Source of the DNA: Cirrosporium novae-zelandiae
Lineage: Eukaryota
Direction of reading: 5' to 3'
NCBI GenBank assembly: GCA_026023565.1
Contig: JAPETS010000008.1
Span: 248,001 to 312,000 of the forward strand
DNA length: 64,000 bases
The translations under genes and the position numbers were made by a program. The notes under the pieces were generated by a model, which worked only from the letters and a program-made list of their open reading frames with translations, searched no databases and was not told the origin of the DNA. This document shows positions 61,703-64,000 of the stretch, in pieces. How positions within the stretch are numbered: position 1 is the stretch's first letter; the number at the start of each line of letters is the position of its first letter.

Positions 61703-63430
61703 TAAATGATGTATTAGAAATTATCAGGGTTTCAATATGATGTAAGGGTGATAAATGGTATAGGAGACAAGAGTTGAGTGAAGAGATGTAAATTAGATGA
61801 CAACGTTAGAGATATGACTCGATCTTCGGAATTCAACTACAAGAAGCATGGAGATGGACCTCTTTAAATAAAAATGGTTCCAGGCATATTCATTAGGAAA
61901 ACCATCTGTGCTCCAGTTGGGCTTTTGGGCTGACTATTCTATCAACGAGCACCAAAGCTGACTTAATCATAAAAGTAAGATTGGCTTTTTGTGTGACTTG
62001 GGGATCTTCCAGAGCCAAACAGACCAGTTTCCAGCAACCATAGCTCGTCCCAGTCAAGGATGTGGATATGGTTAACCAAATGTCTGGTATGGCTAGGGCT
62101 GAGTGCCATTTATGTGGTTGTGGCTGGTCGCCGAGGTCAGTGGAACAGGACCCCGAAGGGAAAGCTGCTTGTTGCTTGCTAGCAGTGTTAGTTAAATTCA
62201 GTATAAGTAATGCGATATATAATTAATTCACTAACTATCCACATAGCGATTGAACATTTTTATCAAGCAAAAGAGGCATCTATTTAATACTATCCAATGG
62301 ATTATCGTAAAGGAGATGTATAATATATTATTTATGCTAATGAAGATTGAGTGGAAAAATCGCGTACTCGGAGTGATTAGTGCGGTAGGTTAACAAGTCA
62401 TTTGGTCAGCTTACTACGTGACTACCCGGATACGGTTAATTAGCTTTGAATGAAGTTTAATCCAACCACCATCCCACAAACCTCCAAGAATAGCCCAAGT
62501 TCCCCGGCAACCCCGATCATCAACCTCGCCGACATTGAGAAAATATCAGTTTGCCAAGCTCTCCTATGCAGTCAATACATGGTGGCGTCAACTTGATGAT
62601 AATGCATCACCTAAGAATGTTCATAATGCAGTCATGGACCCCGAACCGGAGAGGAATATAATATAACAATATCAAGTAGCCTCTACCAGGCTCATAATAA
62701 TTATTTCTCCTAACATGATGATATTGAAAAATTTCGAATGAAAGATAATGAATGTTTTATTCACGTTACTCTTCCGCCAAGTGGATATTAGGAATCCGCC
62801 TTCGCGTTTGCTCTTCGCTGTCCTGTCATTCGCTCCTCCAAAAATTTCGTTTGTTTATATCCATCACAAGTTAACCTGTTTGTTCGTTTGCTTTGTCTAT
62901 ATAACCACTCACTTGATAGATACCTTCCATCGCTACTACACAGATACTTCCAGTAGGCAAAATTTAATTCTAAACTAGTTCGCCTCTCTATATGATTGAA
63001 TGGTTGTCTATCTTTGTCTTTTCTTCTCTCTCTCTATATATCATATGATACTATCCTATATCCCTATTCGTTTTCCCGAGGTGAAGAAAATTGATGGCAA
63101 AAAAATTCTACTACCCACCCATTTCACACCCAACAGGCAGGCAGTTCACGGTTGAATACAGGCATGGACCACATTTTAATACTCCCGATGTCATGTCTGG
63201 TATATTATATAAGGAGACCTCTCCCCTTAGTCATTAGACCACCATCAACACAACATTGCTACAAACCACCTCCCAGCATCCTGATTCCTAACGAGCATCC
63301 TCCTAAAGAAACGATCTACAGCAACCCCTCTAACCAAGCTATCCACTCACCAAACTCTTACTCTACTATATCTTCGGCCTAATAACTCTAACATACTCTC
63401 CCTAAAAACAACAAAAAAGAACAAAAAACC

Positions 63431-63697
63431 ATGTGCCTCATTTCAATAATTTTCTACACTCACTGCCCCTGCAAAACTCGACAATGCGTCCACATCTGTA
63501 AACGCGCAAGATACCATCTCCCATGCCACCAATCAAGGAGCTATTCTACGAGGCTGGGTGCGTGTGGTACGATACATCGGAATCGGAATCCTCATACCCA
63601 GATGGATGGGGCTGGAGAGGGAGGCAGTTCTAACCGTAACCGTCACCGTAATAACGGCGGTGATGGGAGTCGCTGGCGTGAGAGGGCAACACGCTAA
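63431..63697 (+). CDS. Small Cys/His-rich hypothetical protein
   Basis: MCLISIIFYTHCPCK...C..C N-terminus with an A-rich Kozak-like context; no family can be assigned. Confidence 0.3.
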   Translation: MCLISIIFYTHCPCKTRQCVHICKRARYHLPCHQSRSYSTRLGACGTIHRNRNPHTQMDGAGEGGSSNRNRHRNNGGDGSRWRERATR

Positions 63698-64000
63698 ATT
63701 TCTAATGAATCAAGTCAAGGCGTTGGTTGTGGTCATAGGGAGGGGGGGGGATAATGAAGGAATGATATTGGTACTCGGATTGTACAGTACTATTACAAGC
63801 ATACAGCATGGAAGAGCATAGGAAAAGTAACAAGGTTATACAAATTTGGATATTAGATACCCTGTCGATCTTATGACATTAATATTAATATTAATACATT
63901 ATGAACATTATTTCATGATTACCACAAATCATTCGTAAGATACATACCAAAACGGTAATTTATTTCAAAATTCATTATAATGATTTGCAATGTGGGTGGA

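Overview
This is a 64-kb stretch of a filamentous ascomycete (Pezizomycotina-type) genome with GT-AG introns and CTAAC-type branch points. Positions ~1-8 kb hold decayed genes: a dienelactone-hydrolase-family pseudogene, a LaeA/TAM-type methyltransferase pseudogene and broken hypothetical genes. Positions ~9-18.5 kb hold a compact, intact four-gene unit with no PKS, NRPS or terpene core: a bZIP transcription factor, an unusual Gfo/Idh/MocA-like NAD(P) oxidoreductase, a divergently transcribed L-amino-acid-ligase-type ATP-grasp enzyme, and an NmrA/isoflavone-reductase-like gene. This unit is the best candidate for an undescribed biosynthetic system. The rest is mostly conserved housekeeping genes: CTF18, ETF-alpha, TOS4-like FHA protein, UPF2, THI80, MIA40, OM14-like, a mitochondrial alpha-ketoacid dehydrogenase kinase, BMS1, a Whi5/Nrm1-like protein, a prenylcysteine-oxidase-like protein and an ABCG half-transporter. 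A decayed Pogo/Fot1 DNA transposon (65-bp TIRs, TA target duplication) sits on the first ATG of THI80. It carries three nested solo-LTR-like inserts, two of which recombined and inverted part of the transposase. A 2-nt micro-exon is predicted in the OM14-like gene. All calls come from reading the sequence; no database searches were run.
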